Positions 13,201 to 25,800 of a stretch of DNA of 64,000 nt are shown here, piece by piece (position 1 is the first letter of the stretch; every line of letters starts with the position of its first letter). The notes under the pieces are model-generated. The model did not search any database and was not told the DNA's origin. It saw only the letters and a program-made list of their open reading frames with translations. Source of the stretch: Magallana gigas (Eukaryota); contig NC_088856.1 in NCBI RefSeq assembly GCF_963853765.1, positions 34,534,001 through 34,598,000 on the forward strand, written 5' to 3'. Position numbers and translations under genes: made by a program.

Positions 13201-16200
13201 TCTTTTAGATCAAATGCAAAATTATTAATGAATAGACTACCAATTCATAAAGAAATTTATTAAAATCTGCATCCTCATCATTAAGCAATAGGTAAACCAA
13301 AGTCAAAATGATAGTATACCTGTCGATCCTGTGATTACAGAATAAGGAACAAAATTGTATGTATCATATTAATTTTCTTTAGTCAATTAATAGATAGGGA
13401 CTCATGCAGTAGTAACCAAAGAGATGTATGAAGCTTCCCTACATGAACATTTTATTTTGCAGTGACTCACTTGTTTCTTTGAGATAGCGAAGTAGTCCTG
13501 AGAGCCGCTCTCTTTGTGAGGACTCGGCATCAGCCGCATTCTACGAACACAGGTCTTCCACTTGATCTCACCTGTTTCAAAAAGTGTGTGGCAATTGACC
13601 AAAGATAGAAGTTGTTAACTGTTAAAGTATAATAACTGTCATATTTGACATTGCTATAAGGAAATCGGTTGAATTAAAAAGATCCTGTTTGTGTACCTGC
13701 TTCTGCTCCGTTCTCTGGGGCTGCTTTAAACTTCACTCGTATTGAAACATAAGCTGTGTAGTAGTTCTTGAAACATATTTCTCCTACCTGTTTCACAGAA
13801 CAAATACTTTGATAAAATACTAGTACATGTACATATTGTATATATTCTGTCAACCAACATTCATTTAATACTTGTGAAATTTATGAGTACCCATCAGTTG
13901 CAAATATTTGTTGCTATGATCATTGCATGCAAAATTGCAAAACACACAAGACTTAGTGTATTAGTCTTACTAAAAAATCTGTTGGAACAAGTTTGTGTGC
14001 AAAACTATGGAATATTTCACGCATTTTTTTTGCAATATGATGACAGTAGTTCTAGATAATCAAGAATTTGTTATTTCTCTAAAGTTAATCAAAAATCTAT
14101 ATATAATTCACATGTAAATCAGTTCTTTAAAAAAAAAATCATGTACAACACATTCAAACCCGAATATTCAAATGGCAATCAGTACATGGATAAGCATTAA
14201 ATAAATTTACTTTGCATTGATTCTACAATTAAGTGTTGCTCTTGTTTGCTTATACTAATATAAGGTACAGTATACAGGGAAACATTCGCTCCTGGCTTTT
14301 TTTTTTTCTTCCCTTTTTGCCTTCGTTGTTAGTGGATGAATTTAAGACTGAGCGAATTCAAAACAATTTTTAAATAACTGTGTTAAATAGAAAGAATAAT
14401 TATGTATATTTCTAATTGTGTCTGGGCGAATTCAAGACGGGGTGAAACTGTTTCAAGTCTGGGAGAGCGAAAATAAACCTGTATACAATATTTTAATTAG
14501 GCATTACAAAAAATATAATTGTAAATAAAATATATATAATAATTTCCCGATTAAATAATATACTGCACAAATCATACCTCTGTGTACCCGGTATATTAAT
14601 GTTTATTATAATTTATAGGACAATATATATACCACTGAACATCACTGGAATAAGACACACCATTACAACATAACCCAAGTTCTTTCTAAAAAAATGTGTG
14701 TATTCGACCAATACATGCATGTATAAATAACAAAATCAGTGGTTATAAGCAGGTGTTATATAGACACAAACACACACATTAAACAGGTGCCACCACATGT
14801 TAGTTCAATTACCCGTTCACAGAAGGAGATGGGAACTGTCTGCGTCTGTAACAAAGGGATGGGTGATACATGTAACAAAAGTGATTGTTAAAGATTCCGT
14901 TTCTATCAGTAATAGTAAGAATCACAATAAACCGTACTTATACATGCTGATGTAACAGCTAACTTGATTTTAAAAAAATGGATCTTGCATATATAGCTGA
15001 TTGAAGCATGCACTTTGTGAAAATGCATGATTGTAATCCTTAACTGGAACAGTTAACAATTTATAATAATTAATTAAGGTACCAATTTTGTGAAAAGGAA
15101 ACAAATTTGATGAAAAAGACTGTACTAAACATTGGCTGAGCTTAAAATTTTTAAAATTGTTAACAAATACAATTTACACTTTTCTCTCTAAATTCAGTTA
15201 ATATTACACCTATCTACATCATGATATGATTTTTTGATACAACACTGCATTGACATCACAATTATGTCTTCTTAAGAATACTGAGGAAATGGTGTTAGTA
15301 CCTTTTGCGCCTCAAAACCTACCACTTGTACATAAAAAGGAACACATGATAAAAAGAATCTGACATGAGATGGATGGGATATGATTTTTATGGAACCAAT
15401 TGTGTTTTTTATTCCAAAATAAAGACCAGTCGGATACATTTGTGATGTATCGTTTCATAACTGTGCAATGGAACATCACATTTAAAGACACAAAATTAAG
15501 ATAAAGTAGAGATGTAAATAGCACTTGGTGCCAAATGGTCTAAGACCAGCTCAATTTGTACAATTAGAACAATTTTAACAAGAGCTTGGACTTTGGGTAG
15601 TTGTGTCAAACAGCAATGTCTATTTTTGTTGCTGGTCACTCAGCCATGGCTCTTTGAAATGAACAAGATTTGTCTGGCTTTAAGCTTATTAAGACTACTC
15701 AATCTGTGCATATTTCACGCAAAGTCAGTATGATTATTTACTTGTTTTGATGCAAGAAATAGGTAGTTACGTCCTACCGAAAGTCCAAGGTCTTGTTAAA
15801 ATGCCAGGTTCTATAATAAAGAAGCAAGTATAGGGTTGTTTTATTAAAACGTTTATTATTTAAATCTTCTAAATATAATAGGCTGTGTTACTGACAGTAC
15901 TATTTCTGAAATTGTGAAATCTGCTATATTAATTAAAAATTACTGGTAATACAAACTGAGACATGGTTTTTAAAAATGCAACAATATCTAAGAAATTTGA
16001 TTTGCTTTATGGGTCATATTTACTAAGAACAGAGTGTTGTTTGTCAGTTTGGTGATGACGACTGTTGGGTTTGTTTCTCTAAACCTTCCTTTTTGCCAAT
16101 GCTTCTCATTCTTAATCTGCAGCAGAAATTCTTCCTTAATACGTCCAAGTATAGAGATTCGGACCAAATTTGCAAAATTTCTTGGACCTTGAGAGTACTG

Positions 16201-16615
16201 AGTGCCTGCTTATTTGATATATTTTTCACATAAGATACTAAAGACAGTCTTATAAGTCTACATTTAGTCTATATCAAGGACAACAAAGTAACCAATCAAA
16301 GATTTAGCCACACAAATATTGACCAAAAATTAAGCTAGATTGAACCTTTATATACATGTATCATCCACGGTATACGACATATTCATTATGAAAATACTTA
16401 ATTATTTCTAATAGTAAAATTATATGGAATATCGATTTCAAACAGTGCTCAGTTTAAACTGAGAAAATTCGAAATTAAATATTTACCTCTGGGGAAGACA
16501 CATTTGGAAATGTAACGTCTATGACTTTACAACCGGAATGGAATGCATTCTTCTGGTCCTCTACAGTTAATAAAATTGGGTTTTTGATTGAACAGTGAAG
16601 TGGGCGGTCGCCCAT
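7215..16615 (-). CDS. NICN1: Nicolin-1 (subunit of the TTLL1 tubulin polyglutamylase complex), 217 aa core isoform
   Basis: complement(join 7215-7256, 7364-7468, 11944-12018, 12903-13013, 13471-13571, 13697-13787, 16487-16615) = 654 nt, all GT-AG, open frame. MGDRPLHCSIK..VIDVTFPN..EICFKNYYTAYVSIRV..WKTCVRRMRLMPSPHKESGSQDY..MRIILQQPSPVWKEF..GIPNLESISSSLQELWGLSE..IGRYEVDGCYEVNLLAYT* aligns end to end with human NICN1 as recalled (VIDVTF, ITFKNYYTA, LILRQPSPLW, GRFDVDGCYDLNLLSYT). Confidence 0.95.
9202..9424. mobile_element. TA-flanked MITE, same family as 501-626
   Basis: TACTGTAAATTCCT...TAATCTACAGTA ends; shared CGCG-rich interior motifs. Confidence 0.65.
14273..14483. mobile_element. TA-flanked MITE
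   Basis: TACAGGGAAACATTCGC...GCGAAAATAAACCTGTA imperfect TIRs. Confidence 0.55.
15565..15813. mobile_element. MITE with TAGAAC..TTTTAACAAGAGCTTGGACTTT TIRs (copy 1)
   Basis: TTTTAACAAGAGCTTGGACTTT...AAAGTCCAAGGTCTTGTTAAAA inverted repeats; a second, similar copy lies at 19978-20230. Confidence 0.75.
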
Positions 16616-16880
16616 CACTCCGGTAGATGAAAAGTAAGGGCACTTGCTGCTGTGTGTTGTCAATGAAGCTCTTCCTGGATTTGTCTTCGAATTTAAAGTT
16701 TTATACAAATCGAAATTCTTAAAAAAACAAGTTTTAATTATAAAAATCATAGTTACTATTATGTTGTTATTTAAATATAGTTTAAAGCTCTTAAGTTGTT
16801 TGATGGTTGAAAAAACCGAACTTAGTTTCGCACTTTTTTTACCCAAGATCCTATGACGAAGGCGTGACTGACAGACGAAA
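16616..16880. promoter_or_regulatory. Compact bidirectional promoter / 5'UTR region between NICN1 and CAPZA
   Basis: Only 265 bp separate the NICN1 ATG (16615, -) from the CAPZA ATG (16881, +). A YY1-like AAAATGGCCG overlaps the CAPZA start. Confidence 0.75.
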
Positions 16881-19800
16881 ATGGCCGACTTCGGAGATCC
16901 CATTTCGGATAAGCAAAAGGTAATTTTTTGGCATTATATCGGATGACCATGATGTCGATTTTATTTAGAAGCCAAGCTCATTAGATTTTAAAGAAAGCAG
17001 ACTAATGACAGATTCTAATACACTGGAATTAAGGTCTTTGCATAAAGAAAAAATGCCGAAAAAATAGACCGCTTACTTCCGCTTTTGTCTGAATGTCAAT
17101 ATTATGTTGAACCCGTCAATTTTACATCTTAATTGGTTTTGTCAAGCTTTGGAAAATAAATATTTGGGGTATGTGAGCTAACTGTTCCCATGGTTTTTAT
17201 ATTTCGAGGACAGTGAGAGAATATAAAGAAATTTAACCGAATTTCCTCAAGAACTTACTGTCTGAGAGAAATACCAACACCCAATGCTGTTGTGACGGTC
17301 AGACCGGCTCGAATGCCGGCACCAGATTGTTCAGTTGGTGCAGCACCTGAATAGAGGTTCGGGGAGCCCGGGTTCAAATCCCTGACTGGTCTGTCATTAT
17401 TTCTCCCATCCCGTTACATTTAGTGCTGTGGCAACCCCTAGAACTGACAGGTTACCTTTTGCCAGGGGAAAGAGTCTGGGGTGCTCTTTGTGGCAAAGAT
17501 CATTTAAAGCTGGAGATATGTGATGGTCAAACCATTTCAAATATGGCGCCAGATAGCACAGTAGGTAAAGCACCTGACTAGGGAACCCTAGTCTGATCCG
17601 TCATTATTTCTCCCATCCCTTTACGTTTATTTAAATACTAGCATATTCTTCCGGTGAGGCAGTGGAACATTCTCCCAACTTACACATCCACAGCAATTTC
17701 TGTGGGATAATTTAAGGTCTTTCTAGGCAGGCTTGGAGCAGACCATAAGATCTTAGCTAACTCCAAAAGACTGATTCTTTTAAACTTTTATGCACCTTTT
17801 CTTTTGAAATTGTAAATAAAAGATTTTTAACTTCAATGCTATGCACCTAAGCATAATGCTCTTTAAAGAGGCACACTATGTATATAGAAGGAGATAAGAA
17901 AAGCTGGTTGATAGTGAAAGTTGGTGCTAATTTTAGCATGAGACATAATGACCTTTGATTCTTAAATCAGAAATCCCGTGCTAATTTCATAACTAAACTT
18001 TATTTTATGTATATTAATTGTGCAAACTGTGATGTTTACAGCATGCAAATGATAACAGCCAACAATGATAACATATTTTACTTTTGATTGAAGTTAGTCA
18101 TGATAAAAGTGCAAATTGTGCAGCTATTGATGTTTCAAACATGTGTCTTTCATTAAAACTGTTAAGGCAGCAAATATGAATAAAAAATTGTATGTTTTGA
18201 GATATTAATTGAGTCCATTTTTAATGTTAATGAAGATGAGAGTTAAATTAAGTGTTGTTTTGTCATCAGTATGATAGTACTGTATCTTTTAGTCTATGAT
18301 GTTTTGAATGTTACAACAATGTTTACAACAAGAATGATGTGCTTTGAAGATTAATTTATCTGAAAGTGTAACTTGACCCCATTGATTTTAAATGAAGATT
18401 TTATTCGATGAAACATTAACATTGCATGTATAATTATAAATACTGCATTATGTCAATGTTTTCCTTGACTGGGCTGAAATGTTTTTCTTTTTTTTTTCCC
18501 CTTTATCAATACGTAATAATATGTATACAGATTGAATCCAGATTGGGTTCATTTCTCGAAATCATACCATTTGAATAGTGAGCTGTTGATTGTTGGGTTT
18601 GGGTAAATGTACGGTACCGAACATTACTGCAAAATATTTTTATGTTTTATGCATACATGTATGGCATGTTCATTTACATAAGACAGTAGGGACAGGGTGT
18701 ACTGCACACAGAATCATAACCTGTCATCCTTTGTATTTTATCAGCAGTCGGATTTGTTATGGGGGCATTGTAGCTTGCAAACAAGTTTCAGTGATGAAAA
18801 GGGTCACTTACATGCCAGACTCTAACTTTTCAAAGTTAACTAGTTTTACCAGGAAAGATGGGCTTAAATAAGGTCCTGGGGTTTGTTTACACAGACTTAT
18901 GTAGATAGCTGGTGTCTGTTTCCTGCAGGAAATCCCCCTCCGCTCTGATTGATTTATGACACCTTTATGGGTAACCTTCACTTAGGTTCTATAAACTTAA
19001 TTGGCCATTTAATCATGCTTCATTTGAGGAAGGAGATAGCTGAACCCAAGAGAATCCAACTTTATTTGGGGAGGGGGTGGGGTGTGATGAGGGAGTGGGC
19101 ATACCAAGCAGAGGAGAGGGGGCACAGTTAGAAAAGAAAACCCACTAACCAAATTGAAAAAATGCTATTATCATTATTTGAACTCGAATTTACCTGAATT
19201 GTATTTTTAATGCCAAGGTTTTTCTTAGTGGTGGACATCTTGTATTTCACCTGCTCTTTTTCAAAAATAAACCTTGCATTACTTGAAACACATCAACTAT
19301 ATAACAGTAGTGAAATGTTTGATGACAAAATCACCTGAGGAGTTTGTTTGAGTGCACCAAGGATTGTTATCTGTTAATACAATTAGTATTTCTCTGAATC
19401 TTGCCAAGTGAATTTAAAAATAAAATTTCAAACATAGTCATAGCTGGATTTATTTTTAAGGACCAGTAAATGTCATAAGAATTGATGTGAAATTATTTTT
19501 GTCTAATTTTAGAATATGCCATGTTGATAAAAATGATATTGAGACATGTTTACATTCAAGGAAATTGTCAATGCTATGTAAACTTTGTCCTCCAGAAGAA
19601 ATTGTCAATGCTATGTAAACTTTGTCCTCCAGAAGAATCTGACCTATTTATCATGTACTGGACCAAACAGTTTTGTAAAAATTTAAAATTCAGTCATTTG
19701 TTCAACATTTTATTTACTTTCAAATATTGCATTCTAAATCCTGTCAATTATTTGATGTGTCTCATAGTTAACTTGATCCAGAGTTATTTTTTTTTTTCAG

Positions 19801-22800
19801 TACACTTTAAATTTATAGTTTTTGGTACTTTATAACTGATATAAACTGGAGTGGCCAATTGAGATTTCATCTCTACAGTTTATAGATAGATGAAAATATC
19901 ACTGCACTGTAGTCTCAGGAGTTTTTCATGACTGCCTCAGAAAGCATGGAGGTGCATTTATAATATGTAATATTAATTAGAACCATTTTAACAAGAGCTT
20001 GGACTTTGGGTAGTTGTGTCAAACAGCGATGTTTAGTAAGCCTGTCTATTTCATTGCTGGCCACTCGGCCATAGCTCATTGAAATCAGCAAGATTTGTCT
20101 GGCTTTTGAGCAAGACTACGCAATCTGTGTATATTTCATTTGAAACCAGTGTCATTTTTAACTTGATTTTACGCAGGAAAAAGATAGTTACATCCTTACG
20201 AAAGTCCAAGGTCTTGTTAAAATGGTTCTATACGTGTACAGGAATTGGCCAAGTCCACAAGTTGACCCCACCCAGAAGACATTTACACATCTCAGTACAT
20301 TTATAAGGCCTGAGTCAGAGTCGTACCTAATGGCTATGATGCATCAATCACCTTCTGAATTATTTTAATCTTAGCTATAAATGAAGATATTCAAAAGGTT
20401 GCATTACATGTACTTTTGCTCAACTAATGCAAAGATGATGCAGATTACAGAGAGCCCATGTTGTAATCATTCAATGATGATACAGATTACAGAGAGACCA
20501 TGTTGTAATCAATCAATGATGATACAGATTACAGAGAGCCCATGTTGTAATCATTCAATGATGATACAGATTACAGAGAGACCATGTTGTAATCATTCAA
20601 TGATGATCCAGATAACAGAGAGCCCATGTTGTAATCATTCAGTGATGATACAGATTACAGAGAGCCCATGTTGTAATCATTCAATGATGATCCAGATTAC
20701 AGAGAGCCCATGTTGTAATCATTCAATGATGATCCAGATTACAGAGAGCCCATGTTGTAATCATTCAGTGATGATACAGATTACAGAGAGCCCATGTTGT
20801 AATCATTCAGTGATGATACAGATTACAGAGAGCCCATGTTGTAATCATTCAGTGATGATACAGATTACAGAGAGACCATGTTGTAATCATTCAGTGATGA
20901 TACAGATTACAGAGAGCCCATGTTGTAATCATTCAATGATGATACAGATTACAGAGAGACCATGTTGTAATCATTCAATGACGATACAGATTACAGAGAG
21001 CCCATGTTGTAATCATTCAATGATATGATACAGATAACAGAGAGCCCATGTTGTAATCATTCAATGATGATACAGATTACAGAGAGACCATGTTGTAATC
21101 ATTCAATGATGATCCAGATTACAGAGAATCCATGTTGTAATCATTCAATATAGAATATTCAGACTGAACTAGAATTTATGCACTTGATATTCAGTGTTCA
21201 GTATCAATGGTTGTTTATCATAAGTCTCTGTTCCTTGTTAGGAAGTTTCACTTTTTTGCGACATGAATCAGCATTCGGGATTGCAAGTTTTTGTTGCAAT
21301 CAATTGCATGTAAATTTCAATTTCTTTTTTTATTTAGTTAAGAAGAGAAAGCAAAAATTTGTTGATGCAAAGCACTTTCATTGATGGTAATAGATACATG
21401 TAATAGAATCAATATGAAATTTAGTTTACAGTATCACTTGTCTTTTTTAGGTGGCCATTGCCTCAGACTTTATTTTACATGCTCCGCCAGGAGAATTCAA
21501 TGAGGTTTTTAATGGTAAGTGTGGGAACAGTTTATATTTCCTTGTTTCTAATTGGCTTACTCTTGAATTACTCAGACATATGTAAAGTCTGTTACAGAAT
21601 TGTCATTGATTTATCATGACTTATTTTACTCTCATTTTATTTCAGATGTCAGAATTTTACTTAATGATGATGATTTATTAAAAGAAGGGGCATCAGGGTA
21701 TGTTAATCTAATGCAAATTTATCTCTGTTTCTTGAGATAAGCTGTATTTTTAGGTTTACCTAGCTGAGTCACTTAATGAGGCAGGTTTTGCTATCTGTGT
21801 GTGGTTTTTTTTTTATCCTGTATGTCATCCAACATATTGGTTAACTTTTGAAATTTTTAAACTTTTATTAAACTTTAATCTATTCTTGAATTAATATCAT
21901 GTATGAAATATTTAAGGGAAAGCACAAATTATGACATTGTGACATTGTGACAAGGTACAAACTTTTTTTATTTATACTGTGAAAATATGATACAGTTGAA
22001 CTTCGGTATCTCGAACACCGATATCTCGAATATAATGGATATGTCGAAGTTATTTGTAAGTCCCAACCAATTATTTTTTTAAAGTATTTCACTCTTGATA
22101 TCTCGAATACTCGGATATCTCGAACCATTTAAACAGTTCCCTCTAGTTTGAGATAACGAAGTTTGACTGTATACGTAGTTTGAAAGATCTCTTTCTCTTT
22201 TTCAGGTCATTTGCCCAGTATAACAAAGACCAGTTTACTCCCTGTAAGATCAAAGGGTCAGACGAATTAGTAAGTACCAAATGGTTTAAACAGAATGATA
22301 GGAAATAGGTCAGCTTCAAACTTAATTTGGCTTCCAGACCCCAAGCCCCACTTCCACACACATATGCTTAACAATGGCAGATGTTGAACTGAGATAATGG
22401 GATGTTTTAAAAGTTTGGTTTGCAAGGGCAGAGTTACTGTGGTGTGAATTTATCATAAAAGCCCATTGTCATAGTTTCATTGTTGAGTTGATCGATCCAA
22501 AAGTTCCTGTTCTTGTTACCTTGTAAACAAGACACGGGCAGTGAAAAATAAATTCACCACTACTTCCCTTTTACTGATGCTAGTGACGATGTATTATGAC
22601 CCACTAGCAGATCTCAGTTTAGATTTGGAAGATAGCAAGGCCTAGTGAAAACAGATAGAAGATCTGTTAAAGATGTTTTGTACTATTATCAGAATTGTGT
22701 TTCGTTCTTGATTGAGGAAACTAAGATGAGGAAGTAAAATTTTGTTCCTTGTGGAAAACTTAACATTTGTAAGACTTAATGTGAAATTTCTGGTGCAAGA

Positions 22801-25800
22801 TATGAATATATTATAAGAAGTGTTATATTGAGTTTCTATTTTAAGTGAAAACTTGCATGAGGTAGCTTATTTGAGTCAATGATTTTAGTACCAAGGTGAT
22901 GTATATATATTAAACATTGCTGATTGTGTGTATGTGTTAAAACATTAGTGTACAAAGCAATGTTGGCGAGATTGAAAGAAAATCTAAACACCTTCATACT
23001 TCTTGAGCATTATAAAAAGTCAAATTCTTTTCATTCCCAATTTTTTAAATGAACTATTTCTTGGGTTGTCTGATTTTAAATTTTATTTTCTTCTAGCCAT
23101 CACAATTAACATGAGTTTAGAGAAAAGTGAAAATGTAAGTTCTTGTGTGATTTGACCTTATGTTGTATTTCTGCATACATTTTAGGTTTTAGTCACAGAA
23201 CATGGAGACTTGGGAGGAAGTAGGTTTCTAGATCCCCGGACCAAACAGTCTTTCAAGTGAGGCCATTCTCTATATAAACACATGTATACTTACAGTCAAA
23301 ACAGCTGAAGTGGTCTCCCCCATAAAGTAGTCACCCCTTGTATGCTGCCATTTCTTTCTCTCTCTCAGTGAAATTGCTATTAAAATTTAACATTTCACTT
23401 GCGTATCATAGTCAGACTGGATTTAAAACAAAATCCTCATTTTACCCTGTTTAGCAACCATGCATTTTTAAAATCCAAGTTTTGTATTTATTTTATTAAA
23501 TAAATCCCATTGGCAAATTCCTAGTGGTATATTTATACTGCAATCCACCAAAGGAACATTCGTTGACAAATTAAGACACAAAAAAGGGAAAGGAGGAAAA
23601 TATTACATACATAATAGACTTGAAATGTGTCATTTGCAGAAAAGGTAGTTCTTTACTTACTAGATAATTAAATGAAGTTAAGTTCCTCTATTTTTAATTT
23701 TTATCATGAAAAATAAGCCATTTTACCTTTTAGTATCTAAATCTGCTAATACTTAAGGGCATTAAGATAATAGTTTTCTTCTTATATCCTAGTATTAAGT
23801 TAATCAGAACCAATAAGAATATGAATAGAATTTACCTTCTATGAAAGGGTCATCAATCACGGGTCACTTTTATTGGGTTTCCAATAATGACTGTTTTATA
23901 CAGGTAAATGAATATCCTAGCTGTTAACTTTAGTTATGAAATCTATTTTAGAAAGATTAAGGCCAAGATCTAGTGAATAAAAGATGCTTACAGGTTTATG
24001 AAATTCAGGATATTATATCTTTCAATGATGTTTTGTAACAATTAGCTTTGTTTGAAATGGTGTACAGGGGTTTAATTTTTTAACACAATGAAAAATCTTG
24101 TATAAAGTGTTAATTTTTATATACATGTAATATGAAGGAAGTAGGTAATAAACCTTATAGTTTTGTCCATTATTGACTAATGAAATATATCTAGAATGCC
24201 TACAGTCTCTCCAAAAACTGCATCAAACAAACACCTGACCTCCCCTTTAAAATTAATAATATATTAATTGAATATAGATATAATAGGTATCAGGATTACT
24301 TTTCCAATATTCAATAAAGCATGCAAAAAGCTTTATCATTTTCTATATCATTCCTTTAAAGCCAAAAATCTATTAATTGTGACATCGTCATGGTTCTAGC
24401 ACCAAAAATTTTTCTAGATCTTTACCTCAATATAGGATTTTTATTCTGCATAAACAGATACGATCATTTACGAAAAGAAGCTACAGAGGAGCAGCCAGCT
24501 AAAGTAGACGCGGGGGCGGAGCCGTGGCGGTCCGCCATTGAGGCGTCTCTCACTGCCTACCGAGACCAGCACTATAAACAGGGGGTAGTGACTGTCTACG
24601 GCAAAAGCTCAGGGGGGAACACCACCATCATCGCTTGCATTGAAAGCCATCAATATCAGCCCAAAAACTTCTGGTAATGCAGGCAATATTCTGTCAATAT
24701 TTTTGTATTTAAAAGTTCAAAAAATCATTGAAGTGTATTAATTTGAGGGAAAAGTAACTTGATCAGTAAATGCTTAATCATGAATACCTAATGAAAACTT
24801 TTGAACACAAACTAAGGTAGACATTTCCTTTGATAACAAGCAGGAAGTGTCTTATTGTTTGATGTGAATTTTCTTCCTGGTCTATTACCTCTACTGCTTG
24901 TCTTGATCAGGAATGGCAGATTGAGGTCACAGTGGTCCGTCACATTCCCGGAGTCAGGGGGTGGCAAGGCTGAACTGACGGGGGTCATCAAAGTACAGGT
25001 CAGTACTAAGATAGGATGTACTGTAGGTCAATTAAAGTACATCATACAGGTTACCTGGTAGTACTAAGATATATTGTACTGTAAGTCAAAGTACAAGTCA
25101 TACAGGTTACCTGGTAGTACTAAGATATGTTGTACTGTAAGTCTAAGTACAAGTCAGTACTAAGAGATAAAATGTGGATGCAAATTTGTGTGTCAAAGGA
25201 GCAATTGGTAGAAGTATGATGTTGATATTTTTTCTTGTTTTGACTGACAGGTGCATTACTACGAGGATGGAAATGTCCAGTTGGTCACATCTAAGGAGGT
25301 GAAACAGACCCTGAACATTTCGGTGAGTTGGTCCTACTCCCATTCTCTACCTGTAAGGTGGTTTAGGGTTACTATTAAAAACCTCAAAGCTTCTGTCAGA
25401 ATTTGTTCAGTGTTAGCCCTGTTAGGGGATGGGCAGTTTCTTGTCCCAGAGTCCTCATCTTATATTCGTATATTCTAAGCTATTGAAAACAAAGTCTTTA
25501 ATATGAACAATACCTGTAATGGGGTTTTAATACTACATCTGAATTGGCACCTGAAAAGCAAATCAAACATATTTTGATATGAGTTTGTTTTGACAGCTGA
25601 GTTAAGCATAAAATTTTAGTTATGAATGTAATTATTTGAATATATTTGTATGAATATAATGTGTGTCGTATTACACCAGAAACATGAAAAAAAATCAACC
25701 AAAGTAAGTTTTTGGTCTGTTTTATTAAAGATGCTTCTTTTGATGCTGCTAGATGAAATGGTTGCTCTAGTTCTAAAACAATGAATCAAACATGTTTAAT

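Noticed and set aside
16475-16903. 142-aa ORF as an N-terminally extended NICN1
   Set aside because: Homology starts at MGDRPL (16615); the upstream part is AT-rich promoter/UTR sequence and overlaps CAPZA exon 1.
20381-21028. 215-aa Cys-rich repeat ORF as a protein-coding gene
   Set aside because: Entirely explained by a 42-bp (multiple of 3) intronic minisatellite; the frame breaks inside the array and there is no splice or promoter support.
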